Virus record (IMG/VR): IMGVR_UViG_3300022910_000004
Reading direction: 5' to 3' (one strand)
Length of the DNA: 32,547 nucleotides
Source of the DNA: a virus
Lineage: Duplodnaviria; Heunggongvirae; Uroviricota; Caudoviricetes
Shown piece after piece: positions 1 to 8,980 of this stretch (the first letter of the stretch is position 1; every line of letters starts with the position of its first letter). The notes beneath the pieces are model-generated. The model made no database searches and had not been told where the DNA came from. It worked only from the letters and a program-made list of their open reading frames with translations. The position numbers and the translations under genes are program-made.

Positions 1-12
1 CATACTCTGTCA

Positions 13-840
13 TTATCTAACCCTTTTATTGTAAATGAAATTCTCTGGATCAGCATCTTCTTTACGGTCTTGCTGTTCTTTCTCAACATTATCCATTTGT
101 TCTTTTTCAAGATCAGATGGAGTTTTCTTAACAGTACTAGTTGTACCGCCAGTGATACGTTGCTCTAATGCAACTTGTTTTTTGTATTTGTCTACAACAT
201 CTTTTGGTATTGAAGATTTCTTTGTTTTTACAAATGTGACTTGTTCAAGAGTAAAGTCCATGAACAAACCATCACCACTATCTGCATCTTCTTTAAATGT
301 TAGGTTTGTTAACACCAAGTCTTTTATAGGGGTATTAAATAATTTATTATTTTCATACTCGTACAAAGTAACTAGTTGAACATTCCCATCAATAAAAAGT
401 GACTCAAGTAAATCCTTAACACCTTTGTAAGTATTCTTACTAGCTTCTTGTAAAGTGACTACTGGTTTTTGTGGGGAGAAGAATTGGCCAATACTGTCTG
501 GTAAAAATTCAACAAGAGACTTGTCAGAAGATTTTATAGATACAGGATTTATCGTCTGCAACGATATATTACTTGGAGTATTTGTATTCTCATCAACAAT
601 CCCACTCAAGCCAGTAGAGATATCTACCCCACTAATTATTGCACTAAAATTTATTACTTTATTTTCTTTAGTAAAGTGGTCTGTTATCTTTCCACCAGAG
701 GATATTGGATGACTAGAAGTCTTACCAGAATTACTTTGGCTATATGCAGTCACGACATCCATATAAACAAAGCCCTGAGTCAGAGGCTCTGTGTTATCAC
801 TACTAGTAGAGTAGTAACCCCACTGAATTGCAATACTCAT
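13..840 (-). CDS. Baseplate hub/Dit-like tail protein
   Basis: 275 aa ORF directly after tape measure (TAATG overlap); N-terminal HPISSGGKITDH and downstream LVLTNLTFKED pattern typical of this gene position in myoviruses. Confidence 0.6.
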   Translation of the reverse strand: MSIAIQWGYYSTSSDNTEPLTQGFVYMDVVTAYSQSNSGKTSSHPISSGGKITDHFTKENKVINFSAIISGVDISTGLSGIVDENTNTPSNISLQTINPVSIKSSDKSLVEFLPDSIGQFFSPQKPVVTLQEASKNTYKGVKDLLESLFIDGNVQLVTLYEYENNKLFNTPIKDLVLTNLTFKEDADSGDGLFMDFTLEQVTFVKTKKSSIPKDVVDKYKKQVALEQRITGGTTSTVKKTPSDLEKEQMDNVEKEQQDRKEDADPENFIYNKRVR

Positions 841-2696
841 TATTTACCACCAACTTCAGGGCTATTGTGCGCAATTACTACTTTGTGTAATTGATCCATT
901 AAAGTATGAGGATCATTTGCTGTAACATTAAATGTAGAGTTGCTAATAGATATTCCACTACCAGAACTTTCCATTGTTGACGCATTGAATCCTGTCATCT
1001 TACTCATGATATTTGATTGCATAGAATTACTAGAAGATCTTTTTGAATTAACCAACAAATCAAACTCATTACGCAATTTTTCTCTATCATCATGATATTG
1101 ATTTGGATGAAATATACCATCCCAGAATTGCTCACCATAAGACATACCTTTAGCTGTTTTTATAGCATCCAGTCTTTTGTCTGTATAAGCATTTCTTAAA
1201 TCATATAATTTTCTTCGTGAACCTTTATCGTTAGGATCTATTCCAGCAGCTTGATCAACTAAACTTTTTCCACCAACAGTTGTTTCCTCTTTTATACCAA
1301 ACAGAGATGCTACACCTTTCATAGCAGATCCAAGAACACTCATACCATGCCCAAGACCCGTAAATCCTGTTTGCAATATTGGTGTGATATCTCTTAATGC
1401 ATCTGTAAGACCATTAAATAAGTCAGCAAAGTTTTTATCTAATCCACCTTTGTTAGCTAGATTAAACATTTGGTTAAATTGGTTTGCTAAATTTGCTTGT
1501 GCTGTTTGAGCAGAAGTTCTAGTTACTTCTAAACCTTTTTGAGATTTATTTTTTAACACTTCAGAGAAATGTTCAATCAATGGAGCAGAGGCAATTTTTC
1601 CTTTACTAGCATCGCTAATAAATGCAGCAATAGATTCTTGTCCTGTTAATTTACCACCAGTCATGCGCTGATAGGCTTCAGCAAAAGCTGCAACACCTCC
1701 AGGCAAATTACCACCAATTTGTTTCTTCCATTCTTCTGCTTGTACAGTTCCTTTACCCAGCATATCTCTTAAACCTTGCATTACAAGTTTTTGCTTGTAA
1801 GGGTCTAAGTGCATTGCACGAGCGTAAGAAGAAATCCCTTCGTATTGATCAATTGCTTTGTTAGTAGAAACTCCCATCCCCATTGCTGAAGATAAGAAGC
1901 TGTTAAACTGGTCTGCACCACCTAACCAATCTACCCCAATACTACTTGAGAATTTTTTGTAACGATTAAATATTTGATCGTGTTTATTTTCTAGACCATA
2001 AGCAGCTAAAACTGATTCTAATCCTAAGTCAGCAGCCTGCACTCTTTGAGATCTATCAGATACCCCTTTAAGGGCTAAGAACCCACCTGCTGCACCAAGA
2101 GCTGCTGGACCAAATCTAGCAAGCATTCCTGCTGTACCTGCAACTGCCCCAGCACCAAATTTAGCTGTGCCCCAAGCATTCTTACCATTAGTAAACATTC
2201 TCTCAGCTAAAGAAGGCTTAGCTGGAGGAGTCCACTGTTGAACACCTTGTCTTGCCAGTAATTGAGGAGACCATCTCCCACGACTACTTGCCTCTAATGC
2301 TGCATAACGTTTTTGATCATTGGCATACTGCTCCATCTTACGTTGATGGGCATAAGCCGCAGATTCTGCTTTGTAAGGATTAAATTCTCTACCAAAGTTT
2401 TGTAATTTATATTCCCTATCTCTTGCAGCCTTAGCTTGTCTCTCTGCTAATTTATTATCTCGATCAGCAGCTCGCTTCTTCATGTCGTACTCTTTATCAA
2501 GAGACTTCTGAATAGCTTGTTCTTTTAATTTGAGATTGGCTAATACTAATTTGTTTTTATTGGATTCGAGCTTTTGAAGCTTTTTATCCATTTGCTCAGC
2601 CATCTTCTCCATTTTATTGAAGGTGGTCTGGATGTTCTTTAAAACATTTGGATCGATATCAATACCGAACTTAGCAAAATACTTTGCAATTTGCAT
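840..2696 (-). CDS. Tail tape measure protein
   Basis: 618 aa, Ala/Gly-rich helical; tape-measure-domain-like AEEWKKQIGGNLPGGVAAFAEAY; AAGGAG RBS; follows the chaperone genes. Confidence 0.9.
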   Translation of the reverse strand: MQIAKYFAKFGIDIDPNVLKNIQTTFNKMEKMAEQMDKKLQKLESNKNKLVLANLKLKEQAIQKSLDKEYDMKKRAADRDNKLAERQAKAARDREYKLQNFGREFNPYKAESAAYAHQRKMEQYANDQKRYAALEASSRGRWSPQLLARQGVQQWTPPAKPSLAERMFTNGKNAWGTAKFGAGAVAGTAGMLARFGPAALGAAGGFLALKGVSDRSQRVQAADLGLESVLAAYGLENKHDQIFNRYKKFSSSIGVDWLGGADQFNSFLSSAMGMGVSTNKAIDQYEGISSYARAMHLDPYKQKLVMQGLRDMLGKGTVQAEEWKKQIGGNLPGGVAAFAEAYQRMTGGKLTGQESIAAFISDASKGKIASAPLIEHFSEVLKNKSQKGLEVTRTSAQTAQANLANQFNQMFNLANKGGLDKNFADLFNGLTDALRDITPILQTGFTGLGHGMSVLGSAMKGVASLFGIKEETTVGGKSLVDQAAGIDPNDKGSRRKLYDLRNAYTDKRLDAIKTAKGMSYGEQFWDGIFHPNQYHDDREKLRNEFDLLVNSKRSSSNSMQSNIMSKMTGFNASTMESSGSGISISNSTFNVTANDPHTLMDQLHKVVIAHNSPEVGGK

Positions 2697-2702
2697 TATT
2701 GA

Positions 2703-3021
2703 TTATCTCCTTATTCTAGGATTCTGCAATTTTTGTTGTTGCATGGAGTTATTTCTTGCTTGTTCTTTAGCCTTGACAGATTCCTCTGTAAGACATTCAA
2801 TTGCATCTAGCGTCTCTAGAAAATCATAAAGATCATCAATAGTGTATATTGTATCTAGCTCATATTTTGTAGCCAGTCTTGGCTCTGTTGAAGAGTAGAC
2901 TCTAACAATATCCCAGTCTTGGCTAAAATTATTATCTAGATCTTGTCTTTCTTTACTCGGTCTACCTGCTGCTGAAGGCTTGCTTACTCCAGCATGTCTC
3001 CTAAACCGAGTTCGATAAAAA
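2703..3021 (-). CDS. Tail assembly chaperone, -1 frame extension (GT-like C-terminal half)
   Basis: Open -1 frame without a usable start, ...RLATKYELDTIYTIDDLYDFLETLDAIE...RIRR*; overlaps the 3' end of 2984..3367; T5 run GTTTTTA at 3016-3022; absent from the ORF track. Confidence 0.75.
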
Positions 3022-3367
3022 CATCTTGATAATTGAATATTAGAATTTGTTTAACTAATTCGAATAGGGTGAAATAATTACCACTGAATTCAAAATCAAA
3101 AGCAGTTGGTTGAATATCCGTTGCAGTACATACCATTTCTCTAATAACTTCTTCATCCAAAGCATCCAGATTTTCTGAAATAGCTTCAAACAATTGAATG
3201 AAAGTAAGACCACCATCTGATTGAGTTGCTTTTATGAAAGCAGGGCCAAATACTTTACGAAGTAAGTTAAGATATTTAACACCTCTAGTGGCGGGATATT
3301 TAGTAATAACATAAGTTTTTTCTTTTAAAACTAATTCTTTTTGTGCGTAAGCTCTTAATATTGCCAT
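2984..3367 (-). CDS. Tail assembly chaperone (G-like)
   Basis: 127 aa, between tube genes and tape measure; KYPATRG motif. Confidence 0.8.
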   Translation of the reverse strand: MAILRAYAQKELVLKEKTYVITKYPATRGVKYLNLLRKVFGPAFIKATQSDGGLTFIQLFEAISENLDALDEEVIREMVCTATDIQPTAFDFEFSGNYFTLFELVKQILIFNYQDVFIELGLGDMLE

Positions 3368-3371
3368 TTTG

Positions 3372-3845
3372 TTAATTTATACCTAATGCTTGAAGTACTT
3401 GTTGCATTGCATCTGATTGTGGACGGACGTTACCACCGAGTTTCCAATCTGTCTGTTGACAGAATATCTTCCAAACTCTGGGTTCGAATGCGTCAGAGTA
3501 TCTAGTTACTGGATAATCTAAGATGTATGCTTCAATTGATTTGAAAATTGAATCTCCAGACTTGTCAGCTAATTGCAATTCAATTCTGCCTGTACCGTAC
3601 TGGAGGTCTAGTGTGTGTATTTCGTTTAATATATTGTTACTAGGACTAAATTGAGATAGTGTTAAAGTAATTAGCGCTGAAGTGTCAGGATTTAAAGTTC
3701 TCCCATTCTTGCCTCTAATACCACGTCTCTGAATAAAACTTGGTCCTGATCTTTCTATTGTAATGTCTAACCAACCCGCCACTGGATAATCTCCAAGTGT
3801 TAAATAAACATCTGTTGGGCTGTATGTAAAAACTTCAAAACTCAT
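3372..3845 (-). CDS. Tail tube-like structural protein (paralog 3)
   Basis: 157 aa; TYSPTDV N-terminus and LTLSQFSPSN shared with the two adjacent tube-like ORFs. Confidence 0.7.
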   Translation of the reverse strand: MSFEVFTYSPTDVYLTLGDYPVAGWLDITIERSGPSFIQRRGIRGKNGRTLNPDTSALITLTLSQFSPSNNILNEIHTLDLQYGTGRIELQLADKSGDSIFKSIEAYILDYPVTRYSDAFEPRVWKIFCQQTDWKLGGNVRPQSDAMQQVLQALGIN

Positions 3846-4363
3846 TATAAACCACCTGTCAGATTTTGAAGTGTTTGCTGAATCAAAGGTATTCCACTAG
3901 CTGCAAGAGTTAGTATTCTCTCTGAGACAGACTCTTCGTCGTTCCCACCAATGTTAATGAGCCCTTGAGAGCTTCTGAGTAACCATTGTCTGATTTCTGG
4001 GGAACTTGAATATGAAAGGTCTGGCAGTTTCTCAACCCATGTTGTAGAGGAGAAAAATATTCCAGTACCTTTTGAATCTTTAATAAGTAATGGGAATTTT
4101 CCCATTCTTGTGGCTTCATCTATTTGCCACAATCTTGTTAATATGTCATTTGAAGGAGACATACTCATTATTGAAATTGTAATACTGTAAGTTTGATCGT
4201 TAACATATTTTCTAGCGACCATCCCATCTGTGGTTCTCATCATTGTAAAAGGAACTACATCTTTAGATACATTAACAAATGTACCATCGACAAACCCTAC
4301 AATATCTTGAACTCCACCTAAAAGCACTTGTACATCTTCAGGGCTGTATGTCCAAAGATCCAT
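3845..4363 (-). CDS. Tail tube-like structural protein (paralog 2)
   Basis: 172 aa; TYSPEDV, GFVDGTFV, SPSNDIL; DUF3277-like. Confidence 0.7.
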   Translation of the reverse strand: MDLWTYSPEDVQVLLGGVQDIVGFVDGTFVNVSKDVVPFTMMRTTDGMVARKYVNDQTYSITISIMSMSPSNDILTRLWQIDEATRMGKFPLLIKDSKGTGIFFSSTTWVEKLPDLSYSSSPEIRQWLLRSSQGLINIGGNDEESVSERILTLAASGIPLIQQTLQNLTGGL

Positions 4364-4374
4364 TATCTAATCCC

Positions 4375-4402
4375 CAAAAGAAGAAGGAGCCGAAGCTCCT
4401 TT
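4375..4402 (-). terminator. Intrinsic terminator after the major tail tube gene
   Basis: Minus strand AAGGAGC-TTCG-GCTCCTT hairpin (4384-4401, C(UUCG)G loop) followed by CTTCTTTT. Confidence 0.85.
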
Positions 4403-4403
4403 A

Positions 4404-4931
4404 TTAATTACTAATCCACTTAGGATCAATGTCACCACCAATTGCAGTGATAGCTTGAACTGTAGCTGGATCAATCTTAGCGTTACCACCAATGTGTTGA
4501 GTCAAGTTAATTGAATGCACATTCCATGTTCTATTGCTAATATCAACACCAAAATCTGATTCTGGTATTTGAGCAATAAAGCATTGAGTAGCTTCGTAAT
4601 AACTTCTCCCTGTGTTATCCTTAATCAGCATATCGAAAAGCCAAGTACTATCTCTACTTGCAGAGTCATTTGCATAGATCTGACTTAAGAAGTCATTTGT
4701 AGAACTTATCTGACTTAGAGTAAGCTCTACCATTCCTGCATTGTTAGAGTGGAATACTCTTCCACCACTTTTATCCGCACCCTGATACAGTTTAGAAGAT
4801 TCGATGGCTCTTGTAATTTTTACAAAAGTACCATCAGAATATCCTGTAACAATCTGAGGTGGGTAATTAGGGACAGTGATAACTATTGTAACGTCTTCTG
4901 AACTATATGTTCCTAAATTTAAATCTGCCAT
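4404..4931 (-). CDS. Major tail tube protein
   Basis: 175 aa directly downstream of the sheath; TYSSEDV, GYSDGTFV, LSQISSTNDFLS; followed by a terminator. Confidence 0.8.
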   Translation of the reverse strand: MADLNLGTYSSEDVTIVITVPNYPPQIVTGYSDGTFVKITRAIESSKLYQGADKSGGRVFHSNNAGMVELTLSQISSTNDFLSQIYANDSASRDSTWLFDMLIKDNTGRSYYEATQCFIAQIPESDFGVDISNRTWNVHSINLTQHIGGNAKIDPATVQAITAIGGDIDPKWISN

Positions 4932-4943
4932 CTCTGGTTCCTA

Positions 4944-6227
4944 TTAAACGGTTAACGTCCCTTTGATAACAACTTTACGAACACTACCAGCAAGTACAGC
5001 AGTGAATTTGAAATCACCTGCAATACGATTAGCACGTTGTGTTGGAGAGATTAACAATGGGTCTGGAGAAGTTACTGTGTAAGAAGCATAAGCTCCATTA
5101 GCAACACCTTGAGCTAAAACAGAACGAATTCTATTTTCGATTATTGTAAATCCTGCTCTTGTGAAAGGAATCTTCAAGCTATTAATTAGAACAAAGTAAA
5201 TTGCTTCTTGTAAGCGAGAGTAAGTCCAGTCTGTGATAATGATCTCATCAATAGGTTTACCATCAGCCATATTTCCATCTTGGAAAATATTAATGCCAGC
5301 AACAGTAGTAAACATGTTGGCATTTTTAGCACGAAGATTTACACGTTGAGTATCGGTCAAATTGTCAGGAGTTAATCCTGCACCTTGTTTGAAATCCCAA
5401 TCGTTTGATCCTACAGTGCGAGGCAATTGAGAGCCTAACCAAACTGCTTCTGGATAACTAGATGCTTGTGTTGAATACACCAAGCAAGTACGAGTGTATC
5501 CACCCTCACTTAAAGCTGTAGCAACATCAGTACTAGCAGAACTTGGAACATCATTATCAGAAGTAGAAGTTATATAAATCTTATGTTGTGGCTGAATAGC
5601 TTCAGCAATTGCCAAAATATCTGTCTTAGCATGTGTATCAGCATTCAATGCATACCAGTTATTAGCAACAACTTGAACAGCAGCCAAAGCTTGTGGCCAT
5701 GTCTCTGTAGGAGTTACATTAACCAAGTTTACATTATCAGAAGGGATAATTGACCAACCAGTACCAGAAGCAGTCACACCAATAACAAATGTACCATCGC
5801 CATTGTTTGTGAAAGTGATACCACTTATTGGACCTGCATCATATGCAGCTTTTAGTGCAGACACTATATTAATTGCTGTAGCACTTCCACTTGAAGTAAT
5901 ACTAAATAAAGTGTTATTAATTTTTAAACTATAAACAGTTGAGTTAGCTACTGTACCAATAGATCCATTAACAGAATCTACTTGTCTACGACCGATAACA
6001 ACTGAAGGAGGACGAACACCCTCTTGTCCAAAAACTTTACTACCCCAAGTATAAACATTTCCACTTGGGAAATCTGTCTTGAGTCCATCAAAGTCTGTGT
6101 AAACGCGAGCACGTTCAGAAAAATTTGTAAAAGTAGAGATGAATACCGGAATATTGAAAGATGCCGTTGAAGGGGCTGTTGTCTCTCTAGTAATCGTAAT
6201 CTCAATTATTTGATCTATTTCAGCCAT
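4944..6227 (-). CDS. Contractile tail sheath protein (DUF3383-like)
   Basis: 427 aa; IITDWTYSRLQEAI, KIPFTRAG, RANRIAGDFKFTAVLAGSVRKV. Confidence 0.9.
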   Translation of the reverse strand: MAEIDQIIEITITRETTAPSTASFNIPVFISTFTNFSERARVYTDFDGLKTDFPSGNVYTWGSKVFGQEGVRPPSVVIGRRQVDSVNGSIGTVANSTVYSLKINNTLFSITSSGSATAINIVSALKAAYDAGPISGITFTNNGDGTFVIGVTASGTGWSIIPSDNVNLVNVTPTETWPQALAAVQVVANNWYALNADTHAKTDILAIAEAIQPQHKIYITSTSDNDVPSSASTDVATALSEGGYTRTCLVYSTQASSYPEAVWLGSQLPRTVGSNDWDFKQGAGLTPDNLTDTQRVNLRAKNANMFTTVAGINIFQDGNMADGKPIDEIIITDWTYSRLQEAIYFVLINSLKIPFTRAGFTIIENRIRSVLAQGVANGAYASYTVTSPDPLLISPTQRANRIAGDFKFTAVLAGSVRKVVIKGTLTV

Positions 6228-6248
6228 TGGCTTTTTATCCTATAATTT

Positions 6249-6791
6249 TTATGGGGTGGGTGGTACAGAGTAAGATTCGGAAGTTTCACTATTTCCTACA
6301 ACTACTGTTGCTACAACATCTACACTTTCTACGGTATCCACGACTTGTTTTGATATAGCAGAATATGTAAAGGTTACATTCATGTTGTGGTATTCTACCC
6401 AGTTACCTTCTCTCTTCTGAGGGGCACGGCGAACACTTGAAGCATCAGAGATATTTAAATTTTTTCTCTGAAGGTTTTCTCTTACTATTGGATTATTTTT
6501 AATATTCTGTAAGAAATCATAAGATATTTCTCCAGAATCTTTACCGACAAAACTCAGTTGGGTTTTAACTTCATAGCTGGCTGTTATAGTCAGTTCTGAA
6601 TTTAAGTTAGTTAATGCAGAAACATTTGCTCCAGCTATTTGATCTGTCGTGTCTATATAGACAACAACATAGGTTTGTGTAGGCTCATTGGTATTACTGT
6701 GGGAGAAAAGTACTGGAGTATTTGTATGTTCAAAAAGTCCTACTAAAATTCCCTCTCTGACTGCTGCCCTTACTTCGTTATATAAGCTAAT
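6249..6791 (-). CDS. Tail terminator/neck protein with probable ATT start
   Basis: Manual translation gives an uninterrupted 180-codon frame (M)SLYNEVR...RRAPQKREGNWVEYHNMNVTF...; AAGGAGG RBS 5 nt before ATT at 6791; no ATG/GTG/TTG in the first ~135 codons; absent from the ORF track. Confidence 0.8.
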   Translation of the reverse strand: MSLYNEVRAAVREGILVGLFEHTNTPVLFSHSNTNEPTQTYVVVYIDTTDQIAGANVSALTNLNSELTITASYEVKTQLSFVGKDSGEISYDFLQNIKNNPIVRENLQRKNLNISDASSVRRAPQKREGNWVEYHNMNVTFTYSAISKQVVDTVESVDVVATVVVGNSETSESYSVPPTP

Positions 6792-6802
6792 AATGGCCTC
6801 CT

Positions 6803-7162
6803 TTATGGGTTAGGTGATATCTTACAAGCTGTGGCTCTCCAATGATTTAAAACACCCATTGAATAATCTTGAACCTTTTCTACTTGATAAGTATCCCCAT
6901 CCCAAATAAATCTGTCAGCATCATATTCCCCTTCTTTGTTAGATCTTATTAAAGATGCGGAATAAACTTTAAGCCATTTTTTAGTTCTGTCGGCTTCTGG
7001 CATTTGAACAATCTCTCTATCTTTAAGAGGTTGGACATTAGCTCTAACAGTTACAATAGTTGGGGTAGCTTTTACATAGTCCCCTGTACTGTAATCACCT
7101 AATGCGTATCTGCTTATAGATAAATTAACCCAGCCTGTTCTTGAAAAAGTAGGATATGTCAT
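6803..7162 (-). CDS. Head closure (head-tail joining) protein
   Basis: 119 aa; ANVQPL, LKVYS, DRFIWDGDTYQVEKVQDY...LNHWRA. Confidence 0.75.
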   Translation of the reverse strand: MTYPTFSRTGWVNLSISRYALGDYSTGDYVKATPTIVTVRANVQPLKDREIVQMPEADRTKKWLKVYSASLIRSNKEGEYDADRFIWDGDTYQVEKVQDYSMGVLNHWRATACKISPNP

Positions 7163-7626
7163 TCATCTTTCCCTCTTCGAGTGACTTTATATTTAACAGA
7201 ACTAATCATTAATCCTGTATCTATAAGTGGATGGCTGCTGCCTTTTATACTTATCGTTTTGGGCGAGTTAGGGGGATCATAGGTATCTTCGATCGACTGT
7301 ATAACTTCTTCCTGTATGGCCTTCCCAATGCGATCTAAAGCATAGTTTGTATTCGTCCTTTCTAGACCAACTTTTACAGCCTCTTCACCAAACGTATCAT
7401 CCATAACACCCCTTTGTATTTCATTTATTACAGAAGTAAAAAAAGGTCTTCGTGGATTACTTATAGAGCCTTCATTGTTCCATTGAGCAACTTGAGCAAC
7501 ATTGATGTCATCGTCATAAGTTTCATTATTTATAAAACCCACTTGAACTTCTTTTTTATTTAGCTCAAGCATTGTTTTCTTAAGATTTTGCCATACAGCA
7601 TCATCTTTCGTAATTTTGAGACTCAT
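7159..7626 (-). CDS. Neck/tail completion protein (HK97 gp10-like)
   Basis: 155 aa; VAQWNNEG...PRRPF and PPNSPKTISIKGSSHPLIDTG. Confidence 0.75.
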   Translation of the reverse strand: MSLKITKDDAVWQNLKKTMLELNKKEVQVGFINNETYDDDINVAQVAQWNNEGSISNPRRPFFTSVINEIQRGVMDDTFGEEAVKVGLERTNTNYALDRIGKAIQEEVIQSIEDTYDPPNSPKTISIKGSSHPLIDTGLMISSVKYKVTRRGKDE

Positions 7627-7629
7627 GAC

Positions 7630-8079
7630 TTACTCGACTATAGTTATTACTGGCGGACTACTTTCTTGAAGACCATCTTGAGTCCAACAATAGGAATTTA
7701 TTTGTGTTAGGGGAGAAACAACTACGTCTGGGTCACTTCTATTACTAATTATATCTTCCCAACTTATTCCTGCTGCGTAAGGCATAATGCCACTAGACAA
7801 ATAAGTATTTGGATTCTCATTAATCAAATAAGAAAGTGCTAGTTGATATTGTTTTGCATAATCATTCCAGACTTCAATATCCCCAGTCTTTTCTCTGGTA
7901 GGAACCCAAGAAATAGCCATAGAGGCGGAAACAGCAGCTTGTCTAGCTGCTTGTCTCACACTGCCATTAAACATTTCTAAAAAATATTCTATCTGATCAT
8001 CTGAGAGAAGTGGGTAGAAAGGGGATGATTGAGTATCCCCTATTAATAATCTAACAGCGTCTATATCTGTAAGAGCCAT
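7630..8079 (-). CDS. Head-tail adaptor protein
   Basis: 149 aa; VRLLIGDT...LLSDDQIEYFL, PYAAGIS. Confidence 0.75.
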   Translation of the reverse strand: MALTDIDAVRLLIGDTQSSPFYPLLSDDQIEYFLEMFNGSVRQAARQAAVSASMAISWVPTREKTGDIEVWNDYAKQYQLALSYLINENPNTYLSSGIMPYAAGISWEDIISNRSDPDVVVSPLTQINSYCWTQDGLQESSPPVITIVE

Positions 8080-8105
8080 ATAATATCCTCATACAGAATA
8101 CTGTA

Positions 8106-8684
8106 TTAATTATCTCCAGCATTAGCCCAGAGAATAGTGATAGTACCATTGACCAAAAGAGCGTCGTTTCCTGCACTTCCTGCGTCTGGTATTGCAAAGT
8201 TTAGGTAAGCATCTTTAGCAGTTGTAGTACCATCAAGAACAGCGATACCAGCAGTTACAGATTTACCTTTGAATGTTCCAGCACCAGCAGTTAAGGTTGC
8301 AGTAGTAGATGGAACCAAATCTTGCTCAGTGCTTGTCAATGTTGCATCTGCACCAGCAGCCGCAGTACCTACACCAGCAACAACAGCAGCGGTGGTAGTA
8401 ATGTTAGTTCCTACACGAGCAATTGTTAAGTTAGTGGTAGCACCAAAGAAAACTAGATTTCCTTCTGGAAAGTCATACACTTTCAAACTACCAGATGCAC
8501 CATTGGTTGTAGCGTCTACTGTTGCCACTGACGCGTTAGTCAATGTAATTGTTGTACGATACAAACCTGATTGTTCTTGAACTGTAACCCCAGTACCCGC
8601 AACAGCACCAACTGCTTGGGCTATACGATTAGAAAGGGTTTTAACATTCCACTGCCAACCATTTTGAATTTTTATTAGAGCCAT
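8106..8684 (-). CDS. Putative virion accessory (decoration/spike) protein
   Basis: 192 aa, Ala/Thr/Gly-rich beta-strand pattern, between capsid and adaptor genes. Confidence 0.5.
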   Translation of the reverse strand: MALIKIQNGWQWNVKTLSNRIAQAVGAVAGTGVTVQEQSGLYRTTITLTNASVATVDATTNGASGSLKVYDFPEGNLVFFGATTNLTIARVGTNITTTAAVVAGVGTAAAGADATLTSTEQDLVPSTTATLTAGAGTFKGKSVTAGIAVLDGTTTAKDAYLNFAIPDAGSAGNDALLVNGTITILWANAGDN

Positions 8685-8711
8685 TATTTTAACCTTTTAA
8701 TATTTATAATT

Positions 8712-8894
8712 TTAACTAGAAGCCATTGCACCACTTGCTCTTAATTTAGCAAGGAGTGCATTGAAATCTGTTTTAAGGCCAGCCACAGTTGTAGCTGTGC
8801 TATCTGCTTGTGTTGGCATTTGACTTGGAGTTACTGCCTTCAATCTTTTTAGAAATTGAAGTCTTCCGTTTTGAGCTGATACTTTAATAGTCAT
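8712..8894 (-). CDS. Head fiber-like small protein
   Basis: 60 aa; ADSTATTVAGLKTDFNALLAKLRASG, the helical motif of phage head-fibre proteins. Confidence 0.7.
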   Translation of the reverse strand: MTIKVSAQNGRLQFLKRLKAVTPSQMPTQADSTATTVAGLKTDFNALLAKLRASGAMASS

Positions 8895-8980
8895 TTAAAA
8901 CCATCCTGCGTTTCTCATTAAAACAAGCAAAGCATTCAAATCTGTTTTGAATTCATTAACAGTTGTAGCTGTGCTATCTG
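8764..8980. repeat. 174-bp-period duplication of the head-fibre module
   Basis: Exact 22-mer ACAGTTGTAGCTGTGCTATCTG at 8785-8806 and 8959-8980; AAATCTGTTTT at 8764-8774 and 8938-8948 (same 174 nt offset). Confidence 0.9.

Noticed and set aside
3372-4931. Three tail-tube paralogs as a novelty
   Set aside because: A major tube gene followed by tube-initiator-like paralogs is an expected arrangement in this type of myovirus.
8785-8980. Diversity-generating retroelement TR/VR pair
   Set aside because: The match is short, the differences are not adenine-specific, and there is no reverse transcriptase in the window; it is a domain duplication.
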